IMG/VR virus record: IMGVR_UViG_3300037296_000114
Location: 1-61,371 of that record
Reading direction: 5' to 3' (one strand)
Origin: a virus
Taxonomy: Duplodnaviria; Caudoviricetes
DNA: 61,371 nt
The position numbers and the translations under genes were made by a program. Every line of letters begins with the position of its first letter. Within the stretch, counting starts at the first letter, position 1. The notes under the pieces are model-generated. The model had not been told where the DNA came from. It did not search any database and saw only the letters and a program-made list of their open reading frames with translations. This document shows, piece by piece, positions 19,262 through 27,961 of the stretch.

Positions 19262-20142
19262 GGTAGGATTTCCTCTCCATCTTGGAAGGTTTCGGGTTGG
19301 TTGTGGGCTGCGTCCATCGGGTGCGAGGCTGCGATTGGAGCGCTTGGTGTGTCTGGGCGCACGGGAATGGCGCTGGCGCTCTGTGCGAGGCGCTGTACGA
19401 GGCGTGCGAGGGGGCTTGTGGTCTCTTCCTCGACCTTTCCCGCGTACATGCCGATGTGCTTGGCGAAGCGGTCCAACGCGATCTGCCTGTCATTGATCTT
19501 GAACTTTTTGCCCTGCTTGGTTTCCTCGACACCCTCGAAGAGAAGGCGCGCGCCGGGACTGAGCGTGCGGGTGTCAGCCATGCGGACGATTTCAACGCCA
19601 AAGCCGGAACACTCGGCGCAGTCTGGGTTTGGCGTGTCGTTGAGGTTGTAGCCGTAGCCTCCGGCGTCTGTGGGCAGGCGTGCATCCTCGATCGCGCCAT
19701 CTATCGCCATGTCGCGCAGGTCAGGATCATCGAAGAGGTCGAAGCACGCCAGCTTGTGCGCTTCGCGGAACTCGCGGGGGGTGCGCCATTGGTATTCGCC
19801 GTCCGTGCCATGGCAGTAGCGGCATGGGGCGTGAATGTTCGAGGTCAACTCGGTGGGGTCAGCGAGGGCCAGCTCAAGCCACTGTGCGGCCACCTCCTCC
19901 GCCGACATGAGCGCTTTGGCTTCGATCTGTGCGCGGCCTTCCTCGATAGCGGCCTTGATACCATCATTTACCATCAATCGTGGCCCGTGCATGTTCGGCT
20001 GCTTGTAGCCAGCGCGTCTGGCCGATTCCGTGGCGTTCTGGGTTTCGAGGTAGGCGAGAACGAACAGGCGCTGCTTGTCGCTCAAGCCGTGCTTGTCGAG
20101 CCAATCCGTGCTGTTCGCTGGTGTTGGTGCCTGATTGCCCAT
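19258..20142 (-). CDS. terS: Terminase small subunit with Zn-finger-like insertion
   Basis: LSDKQRLFVLAYL...NATESARRAGY HTH; CRYC...CAEC; KINDRQIALDRFAKHIGM. Confidence 0.9.
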   Translation of the reverse strand: MGNQAPTPANSTDWLDKHGLSDKQRLFVLAYLETQNATESARRAGYKQPNMHGPRLMVNDGIKAAIEEGRAQIEAKALMSAEEVAAQWLELALADPTELTSNIHAPCRYCHGTDGEYQWRTPREFREAHKLACFDLFDDPDLRDMAIDGAIEDARLPTDAGGYGYNLNDTPNPDCAECSGFGVEIVRMADTRTLSPGARLLFEGVEETKQGKKFKINDRQIALDRFAKHIGMYAGKVEEETTSPLARLVQRLAQSASAIPVRPDTPSAPIAASHPMDAAHNQPETFQDGEEILP

Positions 20143-20198
20143 GCCCTGCCTCTGGTGCGCGCTCCACGCTTCCGTGTGGCCTCACCATACAGGTTTGA

Positions 20199-20215
20199 TG
20201 ATGCAGATTGCAACA
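20199..20215. promoter_or_regulatory. Putative repressor operator (upstream of terS)
   Basis: TGATGC-AGATT-GCAACA. Confidence 0.55.
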
Positions 20216-20281
20216 ATTTGAATTTCAAAAATGGGGGCTTTGCGCCCACCACCACCTCTCTTGTTAACCTTATTACTTTAC

Positions 20282-20467
20282 TGCGTCCCGTTTTGCGTCC
20301 CGTTTTGCGTCCATACATGCTCTTTATTGTTTGTTATCAACAACATATATGCGTCCCGTTTTGCGTCCCGTTTTGCGTCCGTCCTTTTTTATGCGTCCCG
20401 TTATGCGTCCATGCAGTCGGTTTATCGTTTGTTATCAGATACATATATGCGTCCCGTTTTGCGTCCC
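20282..20467. repeat. Array of 10 TGCGTCC(CGTTT) repeats in clusters; candidate packaging site or origin
   Basis: Mostly 12-bp period, clusters of 3+3+2+2, with two similar AT-rich spacers (tttat.gtttgttatca..acatata). Confidence 0.9.
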
Positions 20468-20517
20468 AAATCCTGAATTTGTAGACATTAACCCCTGTTT
20501 TGTAGACATTATTATTT

Positions 20518-20534
20518 TGTTGCACTGTGCAACA
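20518..20534. promoter_or_regulatory. Putative repressor operator (perfect palindrome) at the early rightward promoter
   Basis: TGTTGC-ACTGT-GCAACA. Confidence 0.75.
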
Positions 20535-20575
20535 TGTTCCTGTAGAACTGGTGGCAGAACAAAGGAGACGGCAAG

Positions 20576-20704
20576 ATGCTTTCTGAAATTTTGAACATTA
20601 TCGAGCGCACCGCCTTGCGCGAATTTGCGGGCGACTTCGTGGGCATCATCGCCTTCGCACTGATCGTTATCTTCGGCTTTTTGTCGGTGGGGGTGGCGCA
20701 ATGA
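20576..20704 (+). CDS. Small single-TM protein (42 aa; not in ORF track)
   Basis: AAGGAG SD; MLSEILNIIERTALREFAGDFVGIIAFALIVIFGFLSVGVAQ. Confidence 0.65.
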   Translation: MLSEILNIIERTALREFAGDFVGIIAFALIVIFGFLSVGVAQ

Positions 20705-20880
20705 CGCGGCCAGCAACAGCCGCAGAGGTCCGCAGTCACTACAAATCAAACGGCGATACAGTCCGCATTTCGCGTGCTGGCCGCGTCACGTTTAGGTCTG
20801 ACGGTGAGGGCATTTGGCTCGAAGGCCGGTGGGTCGAGGAATATCAGGTAATGGATTGCGGAAAGGTGGTGTTGATATGA
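20701..20880 (+). CDS. Hypothetical protein (59 aa; not in ORF track)
   Basis: ATGA coupling at both ends; MTRPATAAEVRSHYKSNG... Confidence 0.6.
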   Translation: MTRPATAAEVRSHYKSNGDTVRISRAGRVTFRSDGEGIWLEGRWVEEYQVMDCGKVVLI

Positions 20881-21170
20881 TCCGCCAGTACCGCGCAGGA
20901 CGCCACACAATGATCGACACGGCACGCGGTCGCCTGCCTGTCGGCACCATCGACGTCGGGACCATCTTCAAGCCTTCGGGCCGCTTCGCGCCGCTGATCG
21001 TAGAGGGCTGGTTGTCCCGCGATTACGCCAAGTATGACGGCGCTGCGCGCACCATGCGCACCGTCCGTATCTCTGGCGGTCACATCGCGGTCGTCCGCTG
21101 CCTCGCGTCTGGCAAGCGCATGCACGTCGCAGACTGCCGTATCCGTCAGGCGGAGGACACATTCAGATGA
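20877..21170 (+). CDS. Hypothetical protein
   Basis: MIRQYRAG..., coupled overlaps. Confidence 0.6.
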   Translation: MIRQYRAGRHTMIDTARGRLPVGTIDVGTIFKPSGRFAPLIVEGWLSRDYAKYDGAARTMRTVRISGGHIAVVRCLASGKRMHVADCRIRQAEDTFR

Positions 21171-21469
21171 AAACCGTGACACGGAAGATTGGAAGCAACA
21201 AGGGCCGCCCGCGTCTCTGGATCGAGGGCGCACACCTTGTCGCGGCTGGATTTGCGCGGGGCGACAACTGGACGCTGCGCCAGACCCGCACCGGCTTGGT
21301 GATCGACAAGGACGTTGAAGGTTCCCGCAGGGTCTCGGGCAAGGGTGACCGGCCTGTGATCGACATTATGGGCGCTTCTCTCGGCGTCCTCGCGGAAGGT
21401 TTTGAGCGCGCGAAACTCACATACCGGCCTGCACAGGGCTTGATCATTATCGAAGGTGCAAGCGAATGA
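21167..21469 (+). CDS. SymE/AbrB-like fold protein
   Basis: KIGSNKGRPRLWIEGAHLVAAGF motif resembles SymE-like PxIxLxGxxLxxxGF. Confidence 0.55.
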   Translation: MKTVTRKIGSNKGRPRLWIEGAHLVAAGFARGDNWTLRQTRTGLVIDKDVEGSRRVSGKGDRPVIDIMGASLGVLAEGFERAKLTYRPAQGLIIIEGASE

Positions 21470-21708
21470 AAAGCAAGATCAAACACACCTCGTTCATCAC
21501 CAGCAAAAGCGATGTTGACGCGATGGTTCGCGCCCTGTCGGTCATGCCCGACGTTGACGTAACCAGAACAGAAACAGGCGTAGTCGTGAAGGCCGGAAAG
21601 AGCGGGATTGAGGTGCTGCGCGCAATGATCGGAAGCAGCGGAAGCTACCTCGTCCGTCACGTTGAGGGCATTTTCCTCGCCCCAGAACACACAGAAAAAA
21701 AGGCATAA
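21466..21708 (+). CDS. Hypothetical protein
   Basis: 80 aa, coupled overlap. Confidence 0.6.
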   Translation: MKSKIKHTSFITSKSDVDAMVRALSVMPDVDVTRTETGVVVKAGKSGIEVLRAMIGSSGSYLVRHVEGIFLAPEHTEKKA

Positions 21709-21712
21709 CATC

Positions 21713-22451
21713 ATGAAAAATCAATCAACCATCGTTCAGAAAATCATCGACTTGCGCCGCAAGGCAGAAAACGATGGCTGCACAGAGGCGGAGGCTATGC
21801 AGTGTGCCGCGATGGCGTCGCGACTCATGTCCAAGCACGAAGTCACAGCCGACGATCTGGAGCGCGCGGAGGCGGCTGGCGAGGATACAGGCGTGGGCAC
21901 CGAGACGGTGGAACAAAAAACCAAATCCTGCGACGACGCGATCAAATATGCATGCGCCGGAATTGCCAAGCTGGCGGAGGTCGAGATTTATTTCAGATCG
22001 GTGAAGCGCGGGGGCCGTAAAGTTAGTGAAACCCCTGTTGTTGTTGGCCTAGAAGCTGACCGCGAATTTGCACTGTACCTGATCGAGTTGGTGCGCGGTG
22101 CTTCATTGCGGGGGGTGGAAGCAGGCGCAGGCGGACAATGGGTATTCGTCAAGCGATAGCCGTGCGCGGCGCTGGTTCAAGATCGGCTTGGGCGTGCGTG
22201 TAGGTGAGCGCGCTACCGAATTGGCAGTGGAGCGCAAGAAAGCGCGCGCGGCCACTACCGGCACCAATATCCTCGTCTTGAAGGACCAGATCATCAAAAA
22301 GGAAATGGCGGGCCTGTCGCTTCGTCAACCCCGCTCGACATCGACGGCAAGCATGGACGGCGGCGCATTTCTCGCAGGTCAGGCGGCTGGGTCTCGCGTC
22401 GGAATGGGTCGGCCTGATGGCGAAGGGTCTCGCGCACAATCACTCCGCTGA
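21713..22451 (+). pseudogene. DUF2786-family protein split by a +1 frameshift in a G6 run (22110-22115)
   Basis: N-terminus IVQKIIDLRRKA...TEAEA...ASRLMSKH; C-terminal half (FKIG...AFLAGQAAG) lies in another frame; deleting one G restores LRGWKQ. Confidence 0.75.
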
Positions 22452-22529
22452 CGCATTGCCTGTCCCTGCGTGTCGGGGGCAGCGCCATGCGGCAGCGTGA
22501 AACACAAACACAAGACAGGATACAGTGAA

Positions 22530-22724
22530 ATGACCGACACCAATCTGACCCGCGACGACACCAATAGCCACATTTCAGTGATCTGGGATGCACTCATGGC
22601 ATTTCGTGAGGATTGCATACCGGAAGGCAGCGACAACCACGACCAGCAGTGGAACGACATTTGCACCGCGATGGCGTGGATTGTGGAGGATCACCCTGAC
22701 CTGACTGATCCAGTGCCAGCATGA
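22530..22724 (+). CDS. Hypothetical protein
   Basis: MTDTNLTRDD..., SD AGGA. Confidence 0.55.
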   Translation: MTDTNLTRDDTNSHISVIWDALMAFREDCIPEGSDNHDQQWNDICTAMAWIVEDHPDLTDPVPA

Positions 22725-22954
22725 AGCGCAAAAACAAGTCTGGGGCCGGTCGGCCTCCCACATACCCCCTTATGTCGCTCTGCGTCGGTGGCGAGTTTTA
22801 CATACCGCAATCACACGACGGCGCGCAGCCGGTCCAGAACAGCCGGAACGTGAAGGTAGCGCGGGCAGCATACACCCATGCCGCAGCGCACGACCGGAAA
22901 TACCAAGTCAGCAAGCAGCCATGCGGCGGATACACAGTCAGGAGAACACAGTGA
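22721..22954 (+). CDS. Small basic protein (GRPPTYP...VRR)
   Basis: Coupled overlaps; motif common in phage early proteins. Confidence 0.6.
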   Translation: MKRKNKSGAGRPPTYPLMSLCVGGEFYIPQSHDGAQPVQNSRNVKVARAAYTHAAAHDRKYQVSKQPCGGYTVRRTQ

Positions 22955-23844
22955 AGGAACTAGCAAAAGTAAACGGCGGGCGCATACCGCACAAAGAACA
23001 CCGGAAACTCAACATAGAGGATTCAGTCGAGTACATTCTTGATCGGCTCATTTTTGCAAAGCTGGAAGACGTCAAGGACGTACGCAAAGACTGCATGTTT
23101 ATGCCTCATGAAATGGGTCCTTTGTGGATGCGCGGGGTCGGGGAAAATGAACTCCTGTTCAACCACCCCGAAGAAGTTGATGATCCTCGGCTTGTTTGGC
23201 CTATGTCTGTCGGGACTGTCGGTTATGTGGACGATCCCGCGATGGGTCGGACAATCCAGTGCAACTCATTTGGCTCCGTTCCAGCCAAGGTTTTGCGCGG
23301 AAAGTACCGGTTCATAGGCAAATACAACATGGGCTTCGCCACGGGGCGGTTCATCGAGCATAATCAATTCATATCTTCGATTGAATATGCGTGCTGGTCG
23401 ATGAACCGGTGGAGATCTTCACAGAGGCTGCGCTTCGATCAAGCGTTTCTCAAAAACGTCCCTAACGCTGGCACCGCGCCAATAGAAAGGTACGTCGATA
23501 AGGGCGAGGATGATATTGGCGCGATGTGCGCGCTAGGTCAAAGCATAGCCCTCACCTATCGGTATGAATGGGGTGCGCAATTCTCCATTGGAAACTCTGC
23601 TAGGGTCGTCGTGCCCACTACTCCGCAGGGCATCCGGTCCCTTTTCGATGATCGAGACAAGCCTGTCGATCGTGATCGCCGTGCAGCCATCCGGCATTGG
23701 GTCAATGAGCATATGCGCCGGAAGCCAGCAGGCAGTTTCTCATCTATCCGCGAACATATGCGGGGTCAGGTCAAGTTTTCATGGCGTGGCTTTGATGTAG
23801 AAATACTGCCTAGCAAATTCGACACCGAAAGGGTGGGGAAATGA
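22951..23844 (+). CDS. Hypothetical protein with C-terminal HxRR...HxRG motif
   Basis: GTG start with AGGAG SD; 297 aa. Confidence 0.65.
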   Translation: MKELAKVNGGRIPHKEHRKLNIEDSVEYILDRLIFAKLEDVKDVRKDCMFMPHEMGPLWMRGVGENELLFNHPEEVDDPRLVWPMSVGTVGYVDDPAMGRTIQCNSFGSVPAKVLRGKYRFIGKYNMGFATGRFIEHNQFISSIEYACWSMNRWRSSQRLRFDQAFLKNVPNAGTAPIERYVDKGEDDIGAMCALGQSIALTYRYEWGAQFSIGNSARVVVPTTPQGIRSLFDDRDKPVDRDRRAAIRHWVNEHMRRKPAGSFSSIREHMRGQVKFSWRGFDVEILPSKFDTERVGK

Positions 23845-24005
23845 GCAATCTCGAAGAACACGAAGCCGAGCAGGCTGAAATCACAGCCGCGTGCGAGGCT
23901 GGCGAGTGCGACCACCCCGAGTGTCAGCCGCAGGACGAACCCGCGACCGGCATGCGCTGCCCAGACTGCACAAAAACAGGAATCGTACAGGAGTTCCAGA
24001 TATGA
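23841..24005 (+). CDS. Small Cys-rich protein (54 aa; not in ORF track)
   Basis: MSNLEEHEAEQ...CDHPEC...CPDC, ATGA coupling. Confidence 0.5.
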   Translation: MSNLEEHEAEQAEITAACEAGECDHPECQPQDEPATGMRCPDCTKTGIVQEFQI

Positions 24006-24418
24006 ACACCAGGCTCGAATTACCCAAGCCTCCAAAACGCCCCTGCGGCTCATGCCCATACCGGAAGGACGTGCCATCCGGCGTGTGGGCTGCGGAGGAG
24101 TACGCCAAGCTGCCCCAATACGACGGCGATACGGGCGAACAGTTCATGAAGGGGGCGGTGGCTCTGTTTATGTGCCACCAGCGCGACGGGTGCCTGTGCG
24201 GCGGCTGGCTACAAACTCACGGCGCGGACCATCTTGCGGCGCTTCGCGTGCGCGCGGTGGACCCATCGGCCTATGGCTATCAGTCTGACGTTGAGACGTT
24301 TGCGAGAGGCGAGGAGGCGATGCTGCACGGCTTGGCCGACATTGACAGCCCAAGCGATAAAGCGCTGAAAATATCCTCCAAGATTGCCCCGCTCGTAGGG
24401 CGCAGGAGGGCATCATGA
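24002..24418 (+). CDS. DUF6283-like protein
   Basis: PCGSCPYRKDVPSGVW..EEYAKLP.YD...FMCHQ...LCGGW. Confidence 0.7.
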   Translation: MNTRLELPKPPKRPCGSCPYRKDVPSGVWAAEEYAKLPQYDGDTGEQFMKGAVALFMCHQRDGCLCGGWLQTHGADHLAALRVRAVDPSAYGYQSDVETFARGEEAMLHGLADIDSPSDKALKISSKIAPLVGRRRAS

Positions 24419-24597
24419 TCCGCGCTCTATGCCGCATCATCCGCCGCCAGAAACCGGTCCGAAAGGGCGTTGAGTGTCTTGTGCATTGCTTCGATTTCAA
24501 CCCGACACGCCCGACAACAGGCGCGCGGGATCAATGGACACAAGACCAGCTTGCGGCAGTGTGCCGTTTGGAAGGAGATACCGATGCAGCCCAGTGA
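24415..24597 (+). CDS. Hypothetical protein
   Basis: Coupled overlap, 60 aa. Confidence 0.45.
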   Translation: MIRALCRIIRRQKPVRKGVECLVHCFDFNPTRPTTGARDQWTQDQLAAVCRLEGDTDAAQ

Positions 24598-24736
24598 TGA
24601 AGCCACCCGCCAGCGCCGCATGATCCTCGCCCACCACGCATTCAACGCCGCGCTCCTGCTGACCGTGATCGGCGCGATGCTGTTTGTCGCAGCGGCGGGC
24701 GCTCTGCCAACTGAATTGGAGGGGCATGGGCGATGA
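24584..24736 (+). CDS. Small membrane protein
   Basis: AAGGAG SD; hydrophobic AALLLTVIGAMLFVAAAG. Confidence 0.55.
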   Translation: MQPSDEATRQRRMILAHHAFNAALLLTVIGAMLFVAAAGALPTELEGHGR

Positions 24737-25026
24737 ATATTAACCCTGAAGAATATGACGTAATCGCGCACGCTCTAGGGCTGAGCGGGACATATGACCG
24801 ATACAAGCCACGCCGCCGCTGGGCATACCGCAACTACTTCGCGGCGGGCGGAAAGGATGTGCAGACTTGGGAAAGCCTTGTGGCGCGAGGATTGGCCGCC
24901 ACTCTGCGTCCAGTTAATCCTGACAACACCACGCCGGGATTTTCTGTAACGCACGCGGGCACTGTAGCTGCCGGACTGCGGAATTATGTTCCTGCCAGCA
25001 TCTTGAAGCGGGAGATGCCAGAATGA
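24733..25026 (+). CDS. Hypothetical protein (HALGL...YRNYF motif)
   Basis: Recurring phage motif; coupled. Confidence 0.65.
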   Translation: MNINPEEYDVIAHALGLSGTYDRYKPRRRWAYRNYFAAGGKDVQTWESLVARGLAATLRPVNPDNTTPGFSVTHAGTVAAGLRNYVPASILKREMPE

Positions 25027-25235
25027 CCCGCCACCCAACAGAAGGCAGCGCCATCGCAGCCGACGCGCACTATGACCGCCACGAGATAGGCCAGCACGAA
25101 GGCGAGGCGTGCGGACGCTACCCCGAGCCTGACGAAGACCAGCCGCGCGGATACAGGCCGAAGCCTTGCCCCGGCGTGATGGTAGACCTCAACGGAATGG
25201 CCGTGTGCGACACCTGCGGCGAGATTGGAGAATAG
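25023..25235 (+). CDS. Small Zn-ribbon-like protein
   Basis: C...CPG...CDTC. Confidence 0.55.
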   Translation: MTRHPTEGSAIAADAHYDRHEIGQHEGEACGRYPEPDEDQPRGYRPKPCPGVMVDLNGMAVCDTCGEIGE

Positions 25236-25237
25236 AT

Positions 25238-25432
25238 ATGAAAAGCAACATCATCGACATAGACGGGGCCATTGAGGCGCGCACCGAAAAGGCTGTGCTG
25301 TTCCACGCTGGCGACAAAGAGGACGCCGCATGGCTGGCCTTGTCGCAGATCGAAATTGAGGAAACTGGCATCGGCGGGATTTTCACCGTGACGCTGCCCG
25401 AATGGCTGGCGTTGGAAAAGGGGCTGATATGA
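25238..25432 (+). CDS. Conserved small phage protein
   Basis: TEKAVL...WLALSQIE...TLPEWLALEKGLI; GGAG SD. Confidence 0.7.
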   Translation: MKSNIIDIDGAIEARTEKAVLFHAGDKEDAAWLALSQIEIEETGIGGIFTVTLPEWLALEKGLI

Positions 25433-25800
25433 CACCGGAACAGATTAAATGGACGCGAGCGCAAGAGGTCATACGCGCGGCGATATGCTTTGAGGCAGCG
25501 GTTGAAGGCTACATCACGGAAACGGAATACGAGCTTGACGCCTCACTGTCCGAGCCTGCCGCGACGATCAGTGTTTGCGGAAGTGAATCGTTGCAATTCG
25601 TCAAAGACATGGCCGCGCACATCATCGCCCAGCGTGAGCAGATCGAAGAACTGGAAGCGCGCGTGAAGGCGGCAATAGTTATGGCCGATACACTAGAAAA
25701 ATGGGAGGGAGACGGATTCATGTTTTCTGTAGATCATCTGCACGCTATCAGCCGCACCACTGTTTTATTTCGCGCCACAGAAGGGCAGGACAATGAGTGA
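25429..25800 (+). CDS. Hypothetical protein
   Basis: MTPEQIKW..., coupled. Confidence 0.55.
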   Translation: MTPEQIKWTRAQEVIRAAICFEAAVEGYITETEYELDASLSEPAATISVCGSESLQFVKDMAAHIIAQREQIEELEARVKAAIVMADTLEKWEGDGFMFSVDHLHAISRTTVLFRATEGQDNE

Positions 25801-26107
25801 GGTTGACCGCCCATGCCCAAACTGCGGGCATACACTGAATGGATGCAGCGGATTGCGTAGCTACGGCACGTATCAAACGCACGACACCGCGTATTGCTTG
25901 CGATACCTGCGAGATGATCGCGCCACCCTCCGCGCCCAGCTTGCCGAGGCACAGGCGCAGGTACAGACGGCGCGGGATGCGCTGCGTGAGGCTATTGCCC
26001 TTTGCGATTGGGATACCAGCGACAGCGAACTTTTCGCGCTGGAAAATAAACTGCGCGCCCTGATCCAAACCACAGAACCCCGCCCCGATGCGGCAAAGGA
26101 GGAATAG
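25793..26107 (+). CDS. Hypothetical protein (CxxC plus coiled coil)
   Basis: 104 aa, overlapping neighbour. Confidence 0.55.
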   Translation: MSEVDRPCPNCGHTLNGCSGLRSYGTYQTHDTAYCLRYLRDDRATLRAQLAEAQAQVQTARDALREAIALCDWDTSDSELFALENKLRALIQTTEPRPDAAKEE

Positions 26108-26111
26108 AACG

Positions 26112-26294
26112 ATGAAAGATTTGAGATACCACACCTGCACGGTAGATGATCCGTGGAGTGAAGCGACGGGCAAGCGAGGCTTGCACCCTGACGCCATTGA
26201 AGGCGAACAGACAGAAAGTGACTTTGGCGGTGACATCGTGCGCTGGCATTGCCCGACTTGTGGCGTGAGATGGAAACAGGAGCTACCCGAATGA
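26112..26294 (+). CDS. Small Zn-ribbon-like protein
   Basis: AGGAGG SD; CPTC. Confidence 0.6.
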   Translation: MKDLRYHTCTVDDPWSEATGKRGLHPDAIEGEQTESDFGGDIVRWHCPTCGVRWKQELPE

Positions 26295-26818
26295 CCCCCG
26301 CACAGACAGACGTGGAGCGCGTGGCGCGCGACCTTGAACACACAGGTGAACTATCCATGCCATACCGCTGTGAGATTGCCGACATGCTGCGCGATCTTGC
26401 AGGCCACACACAGCACAAGGCGGGTCTGACAGAGGATGCCCGTATCATGCAAAAGCGCATTGGCTCTACGCCATTTCCCGAAGGGTTTCAGCAGATCGCG
26501 GACGATGCTCATGTTATGATTGCAAGGCAGGCATTTCGCATTGCCGACCTTGAGAAGCGCATAGCCGCCATGCAGCCCAGCGTTGTGGCTGCGGCGAAGG
26601 TATTGTGCGCAACAGAGTTGCCTTACTATGTCGTAGAAATGCCCCTCACAGAATCCGGCAACGGACCCGCAACAATAGGCTTTGACGCAGCTAAAATGAC
26701 ATACGAAGTTTGGGATGCTTACACGCTTGAAATTGTGGGTGCGCCTTACGAGTTGCTTTCAGATGCAAACCGCGCATGGCTCCGCGCCCTCGCCAAAGGA
26801 GCCACCGATGACCGCTAA
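26291..26818 (+). CDS. Hypothetical protein
   Basis: MTPAQTDVER..., ATGA coupling, AGGAG SD. Confidence 0.6.
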   Translation: MTPAQTDVERVARDLEHTGELSMPYRCEIADMLRDLAGHTQHKAGLTEDARIMQKRIGSTPFPEGFQQIADDAHVMIARQAFRIADLEKRIAAMQPSVVAAAKVLCATELPYYVVEMPLTESGNGPATIGFDAAKMTYEVWDAYTLEIVGAPYELLSDANRAWLRALAKGATDDR

Positions 26819-26874
26819 ACCAGACACCACGCCGATGGCCGCGCTTGGTCTGGCACCGCAGGGGGAGCGTTGAT

Positions 26875-27126
26875 ATGGCATATCCCCGCGATGAATTTGA
26901 GCGCATAGGCGACGAGGCTATGCAAGAGGCGCTATCCCCTATGTCTTGGTCAGCCATCAAGAGCCGAATCCAGCACCTTGACCACTGCGCTGTCGGCGGC
27001 GTGTCGATTGACGCTACGCTGATCGCTTCGCTGGCCGTAAAGGTTGCAGTAAAGCACATGAATGGCGCACGCGTAACGGTGCAGGAAGCTGCAACGCTAA
27101 TTTCTGCGACGGCGGAAAAGCCATGA
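26875..27126 (+). CDS. Hypothetical protein
   Basis: GGAG SD; MAYPRDEF... Confidence 0.45.
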   Translation: MAYPRDEFERIGDEAMQEALSPMSWSAIKSRIQHLDHCAVGGVSIDATLIASLAVKVAVKHMNGARVTVQEAATLISATAEKP

Positions 27127-27135
27127 TGCGCGTCA

Positions 27136-27435
27136 ATGACCGCTAAACGAAAGCCTTGTGCAGTGGAGGCTGCTGTACTGGATCGCGCTGCGCGTGGTCA
27201 CAACGGCGGCCCAGCCCTCGACCCGTTACCAGTGCCGAAGCCAAAGGCGCAACCATTCGGCCTGCGGGCTGCGTGGTTGCGCTTCGCGCATGAGGTTGAG
27301 TTGCGCCGCCTCGCGGTCCTGCACGTCAGGATCGAGCGAAAGAAGGCGACGATGGATGAACTGGTGAAGGAGCGGCAGCGTATCATGCAGCGATGTATCA
27401 GGCGCGGGCGCAGGATAGCCGGAAAAGACCTATAG
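27136..27435 (+). CDS. Basic coiled-coil protein with GHNGGP motif
   Basis: Last gene before the bidirectional terminator. Confidence 0.55.
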   Translation: MTAKRKPCAVEAAVLDRAARGHNGGPALDPLPVPKPKAQPFGLRAAWLRFAHEVELRRLAVLHVRIERKKATMDELVKERQRIMQRCIRRGRRIAGKDL

Positions 27436-27442
27436 TAGACGT

Positions 27443-27469
27443 AAAAGCGGCCCCGTCTGGGGCCGTTTT
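27443..27469. terminator. Bidirectional Rho-independent terminator
   Basis: AAAA-GCGGCCCC-gtct-GGGGCCG-TTTT between convergent operons. Confidence 0.85.
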
Positions 27470-27961
27470 CTATTGGGGATGATCTTCTGGTGCCTTTGGT
27501 GGCTCGAATGGCTTATGCGGCGGCAGGCGCGGCGGGCTTGAGTTAAGAAAGCCTGCCTCGGATAGTATCTCGTCCGTTTCCTCCTTTGACAGTTTGGGCT
27601 CCTTTTTGCGCGCCTCCATTGCTGGGTCTGCTTTGCTGGTCGGCGTCACTCGCGGGACCAGCTTGATCGCTTCAACATAGATCGCACCGGGCGTCGGCTT
27701 GTCCGACCGCTTTGGATGGGCGCGCAAGTAGCGGATGCACGCCTCTTCAACAGCATCTTGAGGCAGGCTTTGCAACACCTTGGCCCAATCCCTGCCCATA
27801 GAGTGAGATAGCGGGATAGGATCATCGTCACGGTAATAGTGGGATAGGAGCGTGTATACGCGCCCGCCCAGCCATTCAAGATGCGCTACGCGCTCCGGCG
27901 ACAAATGCGTTGAGGCTTTGCTCTGTTCTGTCGGGACTTCTAGCACTTGATTTCCTTTCAT
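27470..27961 (-). CDS. Putative helicase loader/replication accessory protein
   Basis: DWAKVLQSLP..AVEEAC..YL...PTPGAI pattern; follows the initiator. Confidence 0.6.
   Translation of the reverse strand: MKGNQVLEVPTEQSKASTHLSPERVAHLEWLGGRVYTLLSHYYRDDDPIPLSHSMGRDWAKVLQSLPQDAVEEACIRYLRAHPKRSDKPTPGAIYVEAIKLVPRVTPTSKADPAMEARKKEPKLSKEETDEILSEAGFLNSSPPRLPPHKPFEPPKAPEDHPQ

Noticed and set aside
20282-20467. CRISPR or mini-array
   Set aside because: Repeats are 12-bp tandem units, the two spacers resemble each other, and no cas genes are present.
20545-20560. Alphaproteobacterial LexA box (GAAC-N7-GAAC)
   Set aside because: Spacing here is N8, not N7.
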